From Candidatus Nomurabacteria bacterium (GTDB taxonomy: Bacteria > Patescibacteriota > Patescibacteriia > HK-STAS-PATE-3): a stretch of DNA of 64,000 bases. Location: contig CP060223.1 of NCBI GenBank assembly GCA_023898465.1, positions 480,001 to 544,000 of the forward strand, written 5' to 3'. The notes under the pieces are model-generated. The model was not told the origin of the DNA. It did not search any database and saw only the letters and a list, made by a program, of their open reading frames with translations. A program made the position numbers and the translations under genes. Every line of letters begins with the position of its first letter. The first letter of the stretch is position 1. Positions 1-10,526 of this stretch are shown here, piece by piece.

Positions 1-59
1 AGCGCCGAGAAAAATTGGTGGCAAGTATTTGAATGTCTTATGAAAAAAATGTGACATTA

Positions 60-2012
60 CTACTCTACAAAAGTGAAAAAATTATAGTATCCCGTAGAAT
101 ATTCTAATCGAAATTTATCTTTTAATCGAGACTCTTCGACAATCTTCATCCTCAAATCTTGATCTTGAAAAAAATGATAAGAAGGGTCAAGTTGAGATTT
201 AATAATATCGGATCGACGATAATAGCTCGACTGCATATCCTCTTTTGTAAAAAGTGGGGCTAAACGCTGATAGTCAGGCTCTGCATTTGCGGTAATAAGA
301 TAGCGGACATGATACGCTTGCATTGTTTTTGCTAAACCACGAATAGCTATCGAATCTTCAAGTTTAGTTTCATCTAGAATATCAACATTTGCAAAACTGG
401 GACGCCCTGATCCTATCGTAAGTGTCATTACAAAACTCTCATCAATATATATATCATCTAAGTCCGTATGCTGACGTAAATATGTTAGTGCATCTAAGTA
501 TTCGGGACGTTGTTTTTCTAAGCGAACTTGAATTGCGTGCAGGTTTACTGGAAAGAGCCAGATGAAAGCATTAGCCAGAAAAAGAAGCATAAAAATCCTT
601 TTATTGAGAAGCTTGGCAATACCATACAAGGTCAAGGCTGCCGAAAAACACAAAAAAACTAGAATTATCAAGGTGTAATAATTATGAAAAAAGATTACCT
701 TGGAAGCGAGAATGAGATAAAAAACTGACGAAAATCCCAAAGTAATACCCATGTGCAAAATTCGCTTATTTGATTCTGTTTTTTGAAAAAAAATCAGAGG
801 ACTGCAAATTATCCCTGCTATTGCCAACCACGCTATTGGAGTTGTAACATACTCGCGCAATTGAGAAAGCAATTCTTTATACATCGGCCAATAGAGAATC
901 AATTGCCCGTCGGTCAAAAATTCTTTTACTGTATTTGAGTCTTTATTTTCCAACCAATAAAGAGTTATTCCTATAAAAACTAATCCGATACAAGCATACT
1001 TCCAAATTTGAAATTTTTGCACAAAAGCAACTATAGTTGCTATATATCTGGAAAAACGATGTCGGTAATGGATAAGGAGAAGTAAGGCGAGTAGCCAAAA
1101 AACAATAATAAAAGCGTCGCGTATGGGATAGCGCGGGAGACTAGATACAGCAGTCACAAGCATCCCGTATGGAATTGCCGCGATGAAAAAAAATGTAAGG
1201 CTTTGCTGAATAAAAAAAGAGATATTTTTTCGTTGTAACCAAAGCAACAATAGTGCAGCGGGAAGAAGCCACACACCAATAGAATCTTTCATCGTCAAAC
1301 CTAAACCAAAGCAAAGGCCAGCGGACATGATATAGACAGGATCTTTGGTTTTGAGTGACTCCGACAAAAAGGCTAAGGTTAAAAATGTACAAAGCAGCAA
1401 CAAATTATCATATACGGTAACAAAACTCGCAAAGCTAAGAATGGGATTTAACGCGAGTAAGCTTATTACTATTAACGAAGGGAATTTACTTATCCAATAT
1501 CGCAAAAAAATATATCCAGCGATTAAGGTGAGCATTCCGATCAAGTGTGTAAGTAAACGAGTATTCCATTCAAGCGAATTCTGAGGCAGCAGAGTATAAG
1601 TACCTGCTAAAGACCATTCCAAAACTGGAATGTGTGAAAAATCATTAAAAATTCCTTGGGGATTGCTTACGGGATTTGCTAAATATTTCCTTTGATGCCA
1701 AAAGGGATTTTTCATTTCAATCATGTGGAGCGCCGGCTCTACATAGGTGTTGTACTTTAATTCATGTTCACCAGTAAAATTGTATGAAAAATATGGAAGC
1801 TTAATCAGGGTCCAAGCGAATAGGATCAAGAAGAGAAACGTAAGGGCAATCCAGTTTTCACGAACGATAAAACGAAAAAACGATCCGAGGATAGGCAACT
1901 CCGCGAAACGTGGGAAGCGCGTCCTAAAGACCTCTACCCTCTTCGCGTCGTTCTGAGCCTCATTTTCACTTTCTTGCCCGATTTGTTTACCGAGCCTAGT
2001 TAGTACATTCAC
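60..2012 (-). CDS. polytopic membrane glycosyltransferase, GT-C fold (ArnT/PMT-like)
   Basis: 650-aa ORF. The N-terminal ~480 aa are a run of hydrophobic helices and the C-terminal ~170 aa are soluble. It is the last gene of a nucleotide-sugar / polyprenyl-phosphate glycosylation cluster. The family call rests on architecture and context only. Confidence 0.5.
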   Translation of the reverse strand: MNVLTRLGKQIGQESENEAQNDAKRVEVFRTRFPRFAELPILGSFFRFIVRENWIALTFLFLILFAWTLIKLPYFSYNFTGEHELKYNTYVEPALHMIEMKNPFWHQRKYLANPVSNPQGIFNDFSHIPVLEWSLAGTYTLLPQNSLEWNTRLLTHLIGMLTLIAGYIFLRYWISKFPSLIVISLLALNPILSFASFVTVYDNLLLLCTFLTLAFLSESLKTKDPVYIMSAGLCFGLGLTMKDSIGVWLLPAALLLLWLQRKNISFFIQQSLTFFFIAAIPYGMLVTAVSSLPRYPIRDAFIIVFWLLALLLLIHYRHRFSRYIATIVAFVQKFQIWKYACIGLVFIGITLYWLENKDSNTVKEFLTDGQLILYWPMYKELLSQLREYVTTPIAWLAIAGIICSPLIFFQKTESNKRILHMGITLGFSSVFYLILASKVIFFHNYYTLIILVFLCFSAALTLYGIAKLLNKRIFMLLFLANAFIWLFPVNLHAIQVRLEKQRPEYLDALTYLRQHTDLDDIYIDESFVMTLTIGSGRPSFANVDILDETKLEDSIAIRGLAKTMQAYHVRYLITANAEPDYQRLAPLFTKEDMQSSYYRRSDIIKSQLDPSYHFFQDQDLRMKIVEESRLKDKFRLEYSTGYYNFFTFVE

Positions 2013-2020
2013 AAAAACTC

Positions 2021-3367
2021 CTATCGCCCAATTCCTCGATAGTGCACGCCGGCCTTTTGCAAAGCAGACTTATCAAGCGCATTTTTACCGTCGATGAGGA
2101 CTTTTACATGATATTTCTTCCAGAGCTTGTTTGGGATATCGAGAAATGCCTGATGGTTTGTCACCAGAATCACTGCGTCTACCTTTGATAATAGAGCCTC
2201 TAGGCTCTCCACTGTGGATTTTTGTGGTACATGAGGGTCATACACCTCTACTTGCGCGCCAAGCTCTCTAAGACGCTCCTGAATGCGAAATGAGGGACTC
2301 TCGCGCACATCATCGATGTTGGCCTTATACGCTACCCCTAATATGCCTACTTTCGTACCCTTCACAGGCAGAGCAACTTGATTTAGTGCCTCTATGAGCT
2401 GCTTTACGGTATACTCTGGCATTCCATTATTAATCTCCCTCGCTAGCTTAAGGAACTTATGATCAAAGCCAATCTGCCTTGCTCGCTCAATGAGATAATA
2501 TGGATCAACGGGTATACAATGACCTCCAACGCCGCATGAAGGATAATGCGCTAAAAAGGCAAAAGGCTTTGTCTGAGCACCTTCAATAACATCTAAAATA
2601 TCAATGCCCAATTTGCTAAATGATTGTGCCATCTCATTCACAAAGGCAATATTAATATCGCGAAAAGAATTTTCCATTATCTTTGTCGCTTCCGCGGCCT
2701 TGAGAGATTCCATTGGCCGGATTGGCGCATCAATAATACTCTCATACAGCCGGATTGCCTTTGCTCTACCTTTTTTGGTATACGCGCCAATTACCCTGGG
2801 AATCGTTCGCACATTCCATTTTGCATTACCCGGATCAATTCGTTCAGGGCAATGCGCTAAGGTAAAATCTTTACCAGCATGAAGCCCAGATGTTTCTAAC
2901 ACGGGAAGGAGAACTTCTTCGCAAGTTCCAGGATTAATGGTGGACTCAATAATAATCAATTGTCCTTTGTGAAGATGCTTCGCAATTTTTTTACATGCAT
3001 CGATTACTGGACCATAATCAGGATTGTATGCGTGGTCAACTGGTGTAGGTACGCAAACAATTATAGCTTTTGCCTTTTTCACTACACTAAAATCAGTTGT
3101 AGCTAAGAAAGGATTCTTTTTTAAATTTTTACGGACTCGCACATCATCAATCGGAGATACACCAGCGCTGATCATTTCTGCTTTTTTTTGACTTCGAACG
3201 ACTCCCAGGACCTTATATCCCTTTTCAACAGCTAAGCATGCAAGTGGAAGACCAACATAACCCAATCCAACAACGGCTAAAGCCCCTTTCCTAGTTTTTT
3301 GTGAACGAATAGCACGCTTTTTACTTCGCATACTTTTGCTGCTTGAAAAACCAAGAGACTGTTTCAT
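2021..3367 (-). CDS. nucleotide-sugar 6-dehydrogenase (UDP-glucose/GDP-mannose dehydrogenase family, WecC/WbpA/TviB-like)
   Basis: Rossmann motif VVGLGYVGLPLA and catalytic-Cys motif GGHCIPVDP, the form I associate with UDP-N-acetylhexosamine dehydrogenases rather than Ugd. The basic N-terminal 30 aa may be an over-extension. Overlaps the upstream gene end. Confidence 0.85.
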   Translation of the reverse strand: MKQSLGFSSSKSMRSKKRAIRSQKTRKGALAVVGLGYVGLPLACLAVEKGYKVLGVVRSQKKAEMISAGVSPIDDVRVRKNLKKNPFLATTDFSVVKKAKAIIVCVPTPVDHAYNPDYGPVIDACKKIAKHLHKGQLIIIESTINPGTCEEVLLPVLETSGLHAGKDFTLAHCPERIDPGNAKWNVRTIPRVIGAYTKKGRAKAIRLYESIIDAPIRPMESLKAAEATKIMENSFRDINIAFVNEMAQSFSKLGIDILDVIEGAQTKPFAFLAHYPSCGVGGHCIPVDPYYLIERARQIGFDHKFLKLAREINNGMPEYTVKQLIEALNQVALPVKGTKVGILGVAYKANIDDVRESPSFRIQERLRELGAQVEVYDPHVPQKSTVESLEALLSKVDAVILVTNHQAFLDIPNKLWKKYHVKVLIDGKNALDKSALQKAGVHYRGIGR

Positions 3368-4256
3368 TTATACCCATAGCAACATCAATGCTCGGCCCCC
3401 AATTCAACTCCTTGGCACTTTTTTGCACATCAAGACTACTCGCCATCAATTCACCGGGAATCTCCGGACCGTGCTTTGCTTCAAGATCGCTGTGCATGGA
3501 ATCTTTTATTAAGCTCCAAAGCTGGCTGATGCTGGTTTCTTGACTCGTACCAACGTTGAATATGCCGACACGATCCGAGTCAGCCGCCGCAATAAAAGCC
3601 CGCACAACGTCGGAAACGAATACGAAGTCTCGAGTTTGCGATCCGTCACCATTAATTTGCGGTGAACGATTGTGCAATACGTGATCAATAAATATTGCCA
3701 CTACACCCGCTTCACCCTTTGGATCTTGCCGAGGGCCGTATACATTTGCTAAGCGGAGTGCTGCGCTGGGCATCTTATACACTTTCGTATAAGCCGAAAG
3801 ATAATACTCAAAGGCCCGCTTCCCTATTCCGTACGGTGAAATAGGTGCAGCTAAACCAGTTTCTGGAGTTGGTCTTGCCTCATCTGCATCATAAATCGCC
3901 CCGCCGGTTGAGGCAAAGAGAAACTTCTCTACCTGTATTTCACGAGCCGCTTCAAGTAACTTAATACTACCAATAATATTAATATTGGCATCTTCGTCTG
4001 GATGTTCAAGTGAGTAGCGTAGATTTTTTTGCGCAGCTAAGTGAAATATCTGGTTCGGCTTAAACCTTTTAATTTCCTGAGCGGTCTTATCTTTACAGAT
4101 ATCAAGTTCTAAGAAATCAACCTCCGGATGCAAATACTCTTTATTGCCGGTGGACAAATCATCTATCACCAATACTCGATTACCCTGGGAGAGCAGCGCG
4201 TCAACCAAGTGAGAACCAATAAATCCAGCTCCCCCAGTTACGACGACTTTGCTCAT
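3321..4256 (-). CDS. NAD-dependent sugar epimerase/dehydratase (GalE-like SDR)
   Basis: [18 protein letters not shown] glycine-rich NAD motif and YGIGK (YxxxK) catalytic motif. 311 aa. Confidence 0.8.
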   Translation of the reverse strand: MSKVVVTGGAGFIGSHLVDALLSQGNRVLVIDDLSTGNKEYLHPEVDFLELDICKDKTAQEIKRFKPNQIFHLAAQKNLRYSLEHPDEDANINIIGSIKLLEAAREIQVEKFLFASTGGAIYDADEARPTPETGLAAPISPYGIGKRAFEYYLSAYTKVYKMPSAALRLANVYGPRQDPKGEAGVVAIFIDHVLHNRSPQINGDGSQTRDFVFVSDVVRAFIAAADSDRVGIFNVGTSQETSISQLWSLIKDSMHSDLEAKHGPEIPGELMASSLDVQKSAKELNWGPSIDVAMGINETVSWFFKQQKYAK

Positions 4257-5428
4257 AGGTATTTTTTGGCCGCCGATCGGAATTTAGCAGCTAAGGAGAG
4301 TTGCTCCCAACTAAAGCTTGCTTCTTTACGACCGAAGTGTCCATACGCTGCGGTTGGTCGATAAATAGGCCTACGTAAATTAAGGTGTTGGATAATACCA
4401 CCAGGAGTCAAATCCGCCACCTGGCGAACGATCTTTTCTAATTTACCATCGCTAATGACACCTGTGCCTTTTGTGTCGATAAGCACGCTGATAGGTTCAG
4501 CAACGCCAATGACGTAGGCGAGCTGTATTTCGCACTTCTTGGCAAGCTTTGCGCCGACAATATTTTTGGCAACATGTCTAGCCATGTATGAAGCTGATCG
4601 GTCAACCTTGGAAGGATCTTTACCAGAGAATGCTCCACCACCATGGCTACCGTGTCCTCCATAGGTATCGACAATAATTTTTCGTCCGGTCAAGCCTGCA
4701 TCAGCTGGAGGTCCACCCTTCACAAACTTTCCTGTCGCATTAATGAAGTGACGTGTTTTATTATCCATCCAGCGTCCTGCTATTGGTCGGATGACGTGCT
4801 TCATGACATCGCGCTCGACTTTTTTCTCGCTTACTTTTTCATTATGCTGCGTAGCAATAACAACAGTGTTTAAACGCTTTGCTTTACCATTTTCGTATTC
4901 GATCGCTACCTCAGTTTTACCATCCGGCCCTAAATAAGGCATTATTCCTTTCTTTCGCACGTATGCTAAGCGACGAGAAAGTTTATGAGACAGAATAATC
5001 GGCAATGGCATTAACTCAGGTGTTTCATCAGTGGCATAACCAAACATGAGTCCCTGATCACCTGCTCCTTGCTTTTTATACTTACCCTTACCCTCATCTA
5101 CACCCTGCGCAATATCAGCGCTCTGCTCATCAATTGCGACGATCACGCCGCAGTCCTGCCAATGAAATCCCATATTTGGATCAGTGTAGCCAATATCCCG
5201 AATAGTCTCTCGAGCTATTTTTGCAATATCAACATATCCCTTTGTCCTTATCTCTCCTGCAACAACAATCAAGCCGGTAGTTGCCATGGTTTCGACACCT
5301 GCGCGACTATGGGGATCCTGTCGTAATAATTCGTCAAGTATTGCGTCTGATATTTGATCGCACACCTTATCAGGGTGGCCTTCGGTTACTGACTCTGAAG
5401 TAAAGACATGATGTCGATTCGTTGACAT
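4253..5428 (-). CDS. metK: S-adenosylmethionine synthetase
   Basis: Full-length match to MetK hallmarks: [53 protein letters not shown]. Confidence 0.95.
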   Translation of the reverse strand: MSTNRHHVFTSESVTEGHPDKVCDQISDAILDELLRQDPHSRAGVETMATTGLIVVAGEIRTKGYVDIAKIARETIRDIGYTDPNMGFHWQDCGVIVAIDEQSADIAQGVDEGKGKYKKQGAGDQGLMFGYATDETPELMPLPIILSHKLSRRLAYVRKKGIMPYLGPDGKTEVAIEYENGKAKRLNTVVIATQHNEKVSEKKVERDVMKHVIRPIAGRWMDNKTRHFINATGKFVKGGPPADAGLTGRKIIVDTYGGHGSHGGGAFSGKDPSKVDRSASYMARHVAKNIVGAKLAKKCEIQLAYVIGVAEPISVLIDTKGTGVISDGKLEKIVRQVADLTPGGIIQHLNLRRPIYRPTAAYGHFGRKEASFSWEQLSLAAKFRSAAKKYL

Positions 5429-5447
5429 GCTCCTAGTTCCTTAATTA

Positions 5448-6473
5448 TTACTGGTCTTTTGAAATACTAGCTGAAATATCAATATTTTTTGCGCCTTTAA
5501 AGTAATCAATGGTCCGGCGTAAGCCTTCTGATAAGGCCACTACTGGAAACCAGCCTAAGCGCTCTTTTGCCAAAGCTATATTAGGCACGCCCTGTATAAC
5601 TGTTGACTTAGTGTGTTCGGTAAAACGAGATCCTGATGTACTGCCCGTAAGTTCTTGAATGTACTTTACTACATCCTCTAGGCGATGTTGATCAGGACTA
5701 CCCAGATTAACTGGCCCTAACTCGCTTGATTTCATGAGTCGCAGTAAGCCCTCCACAATATCGCTGATGTAACAAAGAGTCGTGGTATCATCTGCTTTAC
5801 CGTATACCGTAATAGTTTCGTTACGCAACGCCGCATTAATCATTTCCGGCACCATTCTACCATCGTCTACGCGCAAGCGAGGACCATAGGTGTTAAAGAG
5901 TCGGGCGATTTTTGCCTTTAATGCGTATTTTTCTCGGTAGTGCACGGTTAAGCTTTCGGCAAAGCGCTTACCCTCACTAAAGGCCGATCGCGACCCAACC
6001 GGATTCACATAGCCCCAATATTCTTCTGGGTATGGAGTCCTTTCCATGGGTTCGCCATAAATGGCATCAGAAGAAGCCAAGAGAAAACTGGCTTGATATT
6101 TTTTCGCCATTTCAAGAGCATTCCGAGTTGCTTGAGCATTTGCTACCAGTGTTTCAACTGGCATCTGTAGATAATCCTTTGGTGAAGTCGGAGAGGCGAA
6201 ATGATAAATTTCCTGCACTCCTTGGAACTCCACTTGAAAAGGTTTAAGACCTGGCTCGTGATCAAGATCTATCGGATCAGACAAATCATGCTTCACAAAC
6301 TCAAAATTTGGATTTTGGAGAAGATGATTTATGTTTTCTTCTCGACCAGTTGAAAAATTGTCTAAACAAATAACCTTGTGTTGCTTCACCAGCTCATCAC
6401 AAAGATGAGATCCAATGAATCCTGCTCCACCTGTTACTAATATGTTTTTTCTTTCAAAAATGGGTCTGCTCAT
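5448..6473 (-). CDS. UDP-glucuronate (or UDP-GlcNAcA) decarboxylase-like extended SDR (UXS family)
   Basis: [18 protein letters not shown] followed by CLDNFSTGREENI, then a YSEGKR-type (YxxxK) motif. 341 aa, typical UXS length. Confidence 0.8.
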   Translation of the reverse strand: MSRPIFERKNILVTGGAGFIGSHLCDELVKQHKVICLDNFSTGREENINHLLQNPNFEFVKHDLSDPIDLDHEPGLKPFQVEFQGVQEIYHFASPTSPKDYLQMPVETLVANAQATRNALEMAKKYQASFLLASSDAIYGEPMERTPYPEEYWGYVNPVGSRSAFSEGKRFAESLTVHYREKYALKAKIARLFNTYGPRLRVDDGRMVPEMINAALRNETITVYGKADDTTTLCYISDIVEGLLRLMKSSELGPVNLGSPDQHRLEDVVKYIQELTGSTSGSRFTEHTKSTVIQGVPNIALAKERLGWFPVVALSEGLRRTIDYFKGAKNIDISASISKDQ

Positions 6474-6482
6474 ACGCAGTAC

Positions 6483-7199
6483 TTAACGATAATGACCTAA
6501 AATGTCATGGTATCGAACACTAAGAAGCTCCCAAAAAGTTTTTATATAATCTGAGGGACGCACCTTACTAGCAAAATCATTCTTCCAAGTCACAGGAATT
6601 TCCTTCATCGTGAAGTGAAATTTTTTTGCCAGGAAAAGTATTTCAAAATCAAATCCCCACCCTCGTAGCTGCTGCTTTTGAAAAAGCATACGGCAGCGCT
6701 TACTATACAGTTTAAATCCGCATTGCGTATCTTCTATGCCGGACACTGCTAACCATTGAATCAACTTATTTCCAATTCGTCCCAGCGTTACCTTCACCGA
6801 AGATTGACGAACGGTAATATCAGCTTCGGGTAATGCTCGCGAGCCAATCAACACATCATACTGCTTACGCTCCGGCCAAAACTTAGCGAAATCTTGAATC
6901 GGAGTGGAGAGATCAGTATCGGTCAGCAACACCCAGACACCTCTTGCTTCTAGCATTCCAGCCTTAACGGCAGCACCTTTACCGCCATGTGGCACAGAAT
7001 GCACCCGGACCGGCTTCCCATAACCAGCTGCTAATCGAGCAGTACCATCCGTGCTACCATCATCCACCACCACTACCTCGTAGCTAAGATCGGGGTAGTG
7101 CTTGGGGAAATATTCAAGGATAGTTTCCAAGCTGGGAGGCAGGCGCTTCGCTTCATTATACGCCGGCAAAACAATGGAAAGCTCAACAGGATTTGACAT
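6483..7199 (-). CDS. GT2 polyprenyl-phosphate glycosyltransferase (ArnC/DPG-synthase-like)
   Basis: LSIVLPAYNEAKRL ... VVVDDGSTDGT ... DTD motifs of GT-A family 2. 238 aa. Confidence 0.8.
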   Translation of the reverse strand: MSNPVELSIVLPAYNEAKRLPPSLETILEYFPKHYPDLSYEVVVVDDGSTDGTARLAAGYGKPVRVHSVPHGGKGAAVKAGMLEARGVWVLLTDTDLSTPIQDFAKFWPERKQYDVLIGSRALPEADITVRQSSVKVTLGRIGNKLIQWLAVSGIEDTQCGFKLYSKRCRMLFQKQQLRGWGFDFEILFLAKKFHFTMKEIPVTWKNDFASKVRPSDYIKTFWELLSVRYHDILGHYR

Positions 7200-7257
7200 G
7201 ACTATTTCTTAATGTACGGCTCAATACTGAATAAAATGTGTACCGAGCTCGGCCGCT

Positions 7258-7286
7258 AGTATACCAATTTTTAAGCCTTTGGACAA
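7258..7286 (-). promoter_or_regulatory. sigma70-like promoter TTGTCC-N17-TATACT upstream of the GT2 gene
   Basis: Read directly on the minus strand. The -10 is preceded by TGG (extended -10-like). Confidence 0.4.
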
Positions 7287-7299
7287 GCAGGTCATATAC

Positions 7300-7731
7300 T
7301 TAATGCTGACGAAAGGTCCAAAATTTATTGGCAAAAAAATTCCAAAATAGCACAATGAGCACTGACACTATCTTTGCATAAATATCGTGCAATCCTACTA
7401 CGACAACAAAAAACCAAAGTCCTAATTCGGTTAGTACTGCGCCTACCGCACTCACAGCGACAAAGCGAGTGTATTGCCGACGAAAGGCTCTTTGACGATC
7501 ACGAAAAGTCCAGCGCTTATTTAAGGTAAAGCTTAAACTTACTGCGCTTAAAAATGCAACCGCGTTTGCTGCTAAAAAGGGAACGTGAAAAAAACGAGTG
7601 AGCGAAAAATAAATACTAAAGTCTAGGCAGGTATTCCCAAACCCAACAACACCAAACTTAATAAATTGCGCCAGGCCAGGCCGGCGCTCAATGAATGGGT
7701 GTTGGCGAATGTAGTTAACAAGCTGCTGCAT
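7300..7731 (-). CDS. GtrA-family membrane protein (putative polyprenyl-P-sugar flippase)
   Basis: 143 aa with 4 TM helices. FIKFGVVGFGNTCLDF at the N-terminus and KFWTFR at the C-terminus, as in GtrA. Confidence 0.8.
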   Translation of the reverse strand: MQQLVNYIRQHPFIERRPGLAQFIKFGVVGFGNTCLDFSIYFSLTRFFHVPFLAANAVAFLSAVSLSFTLNKRWTFRDRQRAFRRQYTRFVAVSAVGAVLTELGLWFFVVVVGLHDIYAKIVSVLIVLFWNFFANKFWTFRQH

Positions 7732-10526
7732 TATCTTGGCTCAAAGTTTGCTCCAACGCTGATGCCACCGCGGAAAGCTGGATCAAAAGTAAACATTTGT
7801 TCAATGACACTTCCGTTACCATCAAAAACTCTCAGGTGTGGCCCTCCGCCAATCCCTGCACCCACAATGATATCGTCAGCCCCATCAGCATTCACATCCG
7901 CGCTCGCAATGCGTACTCCTCCGCGAAAATTCTCGGCAAAAGCGAAAAATTGAGACTGCACTTCCCCACTCGCATTAAATACTCGAACATGCGGTCCACC
8001 ATTACTTAAAGGAGCAACGACTATTTCTGATACGCCATTACCATCCACATCACCAACTGCCAGGTCTAAACCGATTCTAAAGTAGCTTGGGTAAGCGAAA
8101 AATTGAGAGACCAGTCCTCCACTCCCATTAAAAACACGCACATGTGGCCCACCGTTACTAATTGGCGCTACAACAATTTCAGGAATAGCATCCCCAGTCA
8201 CATCACCACATGCAACAGAGAGACCTATGCGAAAATATGATGGGTAGGCATAAAATTGACCGTATAAGCCTCCGCCGCTAAAAATGCGCACTTGGGGCGC
8301 TTTTCCTGCACCAGTACCCACAATAATTTCATCACGTCCATCACCATCCAAGTCGCAGGTTGCAATGCTTACTCCACCTCGATAACTTGGCGCATAGGCC
8401 ATAAACTGGTATTCCAAAGCCCCACGCGAGGAAAAGACGCGAATGTGTGGACCACCACTTGAAGCTGGCGCGCTTACAAATTCCATTAATCCATCTCGAT
8501 CAATATCACCTGAAGTAATATTCACTCCTCCAGTAAAGTTTGGAGCATAGGCCATTGTCTCCCATAGGAGACTCCCATCCTGACGCAAGGTTCGCACGGT
8601 TGGACTATGGTTGCTTAAAGGCGCGCTGAGTAGATTAACCCAAACGTCGTAGTTCATCGTATCAGTCGCTGTGCTCACTAACCCTGCCTGATCAGTGGCC
8701 TTCACTGTCACGGTGTTCAATCCCGGCCCTAAAGTAAGCACGCCGGAGTAGGTATTGCCATCACGAAAAGCAAGACGCCCATTCACGGTCACTTCAGCAA
8801 TTCCTGAATCATCGTCACGTGATACGCCAACGATATAATGACGTCGATTCCCGGTTGAGCTACCTGCAAAAGGATACGTTATGGTAACCGTTGGAGCCAG
8901 GGTGTCGATTTTTACTTCAAAGCTATGGGCACTTTCAATGTTGTCAGCAAGATCTTCGGCATAATATTCCACAGTTATATTACCTTTAGGCAAAGTCACT
9001 GCACTGGAGTATGTCTGCCAACTACCGCTATTAATGCGATAAAAAATTGCACTCACCCCAGCGGCATCATCGCTAGCGGACAATGTCATCTGCGGGGCTG
9101 TGCTATAAAAACCATTTTGGCCGTTTGGACTACTGGGACTGAGACTAGCTGAGGATACTGGCGGCGTAACATCAGTAGTGATAACAGACAAGCCGGCATC
9201 AATATCTAAAAGCCCGTATCCATACTCGAGATCATAGCCACTACTACCGAGGTCCTTAGCTGTTTCAGTAAGCACGCCTTTAGCATCAGCAGGATCAGCG
9301 CCGGCTGCTAAAAAGAGTGCTAAGGCAGCACTCACATGTGGAGTGGCCATCGACGTGCCCTGATAGCCCACATAACCAAAAGTGGTAAAATCAGCTGGTA
9401 GGCTATCCCCATCGAGGTTTGTGAATCCTTGCTGGATAATTGATGAGGAGCCATCCCCGCCTGGTGCAACCAAGGCGATATTTTGTCCATAATTAGAGTA
9501 CGAGGCGCGAGTATTTTGTGTGGTATTTCCGGTAGCTCCCACGGCAATAACTCCTGAGGTGCGAGCTGGGTATAGCAAGGTTGAGCTATTTGCATTTCCG
9601 GTAGCAGCGACCACTAGAATTCCCTGAGCAATAGCATCATTTACTGCGTCAGTCAGAGCCTGACTGTAGCTACTTGTTCCCAAGCTCATGGATATAATAT
9701 CAGCGCCGTGTGTTCGCGCATAATCAATCCCCTGCGCAATATCAGCAGTAGTACCATATCCATCTCTGGCTAAAACTTTAACCGGCATGATTGTGCTGTG
9801 ATATGCCAAACCCGCAGCGCCGAGGCTGTTATGTGTTGTCTCTGCTATGGTGCTACTTACATGTGTACCATGTCCATTATCATCATTCGGATGAGTATCT
9901 TCGTTTACAAAGTCATATCCAGTTGTGAAATTTGTGGCACTAAAATCTGGCGCTTTTGCATACTCTGCACCAGCTGATAAGCAATTACCCGGATTTTCTA
10001 CTAAACACTTCGCTGGGTTAGGGTCTGTATATGCTTGATAGGCAACGCCAGTATCTAAGACTGCGACGATAACACTCGGATCACCACCATGGGTTGGACT
10101 GCTCGTGTCATAATCCCAGGCCTGAGACGCTTTTACCTTTGTAAAATTCCATTGCTGGTTATACAAAGGATCATTAGGAGTGAAGGTTGCTCCTACTAAA
10201 TAATTTGGCTCTATATACCGAGTCTCAGGCAATGAGGCAAGTCTATCCTGCAAATCATTTGCCTCAGTTTCATTTGGTAATGAAAAAAGAAAACTCTGCG
10301 CACTTAATTGCTGCACAGTTAAGGAGGGAAAGGTCGAAAGTATAGTGGCGAGATGATCATTATCGGTAATAATGTCACCTTCCTCATTTGCACTTATACC
10401 AGTTGTGGTAAATCCCACAACCCGCTGACCAGGATATACAAACTGACTTTGCGCTTCTACTTGCGGACTAAAAAAACTGAAAATCCAAACTAGAACTATT
10501 CCGCCTATGAAGCGCCCCCATCTCAT
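7731..10526 (-). CDS. secreted subtilisin-like S8 serine protease with Ig-like middle region and C-terminal FG-GAP/VCBS-type beta-propeller
   Basis: Signal peptide. Catalytic triad motifs VAVLDTGV, HGTHVSST, GTSMATPHVS. The C-terminal ~290 aa are ~6 repeats of GGPH(V/I/L)RVF...F.A(Y/F)...FR.G...D(V/L).GDG..EI(I/V)V. Confidence 0.85.
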   Translation of the reverse strand: MRWGRFIGGIVLVWIFSFFSPQVEAQSQFVYPGQRVVGFTTTGISANEEGDIITDNDHLATILSTFPSLTVQQLSAQSFLFSLPNETEANDLQDRLASLPETRYIEPNYLVGATFTPNDPLYNQQWNFTKVKASQAWDYDTSSPTHGGDPSVIVAVLDTGVAYQAYTDPNPAKCLVENPGNCLSAGAEYAKAPDFSATNFTTGYDFVNEDTHPNDDNGHGTHVSSTIAETTHNSLGAAGLAYHSTIMPVKVLARDGYGTTADIAQGIDYARTHGADIISMSLGTSSYSQALTDAVNDAIAQGILVVAATGNANSSTLLYPARTSGVIAVGATGNTTQNTRASYSNYGQNIALVAPGGDGSSSIIQQGFTNLDGDSLPADFTTFGYVGYQGTSMATPHVSAALALFLAAGADPADAKGVLTETAKDLGSSGYDLEYGYGLLDIDAGLSVITTDVTPPVSSASLSPSSPNGQNGFYSTAPQMTLSASDDAAGVSAIFYRINSGSWQTYSSAVTLPKGNITVEYYAEDLADNIESAHSFEVKIDTLAPTVTITYPFAGSSTGNRRHYIVGVSRDDDSGIAEVTVNGRLAFRDGNTYSGVLTLGPGLNTVTVKATDQAGLVSTATDTMNYDVWVNLLSAPLSNHSPTVRTLRQDGSLLWETMAYAPNFTGGVNITSGDIDRDGLMEFVSAPASSGGPHIRVFSSRGALEYQFMAYAPSYRGGVSIATCDLDGDGRDEIIVGTGAGKAPQVRIFSGGGLYGQFYAYPSYFRIGLSVACGDVTGDAIPEIVVAPISNGGPHVRVFNGSGGLVSQFFAYPSYFRIGLDLAVGDVDGNGVSEIVVAPLSNGGPHVRVFNASGEVQSQFFAFAENFRGGVRIASADVNADGADDIIVGAGIGGGPHLRVFDGNGSVIEQMFTFDPAFRGGISVGANFEPR
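7734..8610 (-). repeat. intragenic tandem repeats (~50-55 aa FG-GAP-like blades) in the S8 protease gene
   Basis: Two adjacent blades are nearly identical at protein level (GGPHVRVFNGSGGLVSQFFAYPSYFRIGL... / GGPHVRVFNASGEVQSQFFAFAENFRGGV...). Confidence 0.7.

Noticed and set aside
7240-7252. GTACCGAGCTCGG is identical to 13 nt of common cloning-vector polylinkers (KpnI-SacI).
   Set aside because: The match is only 13 nt and does not extend on either side. It lies inside a sensible native promoter region, so chance is the simplest explanation.
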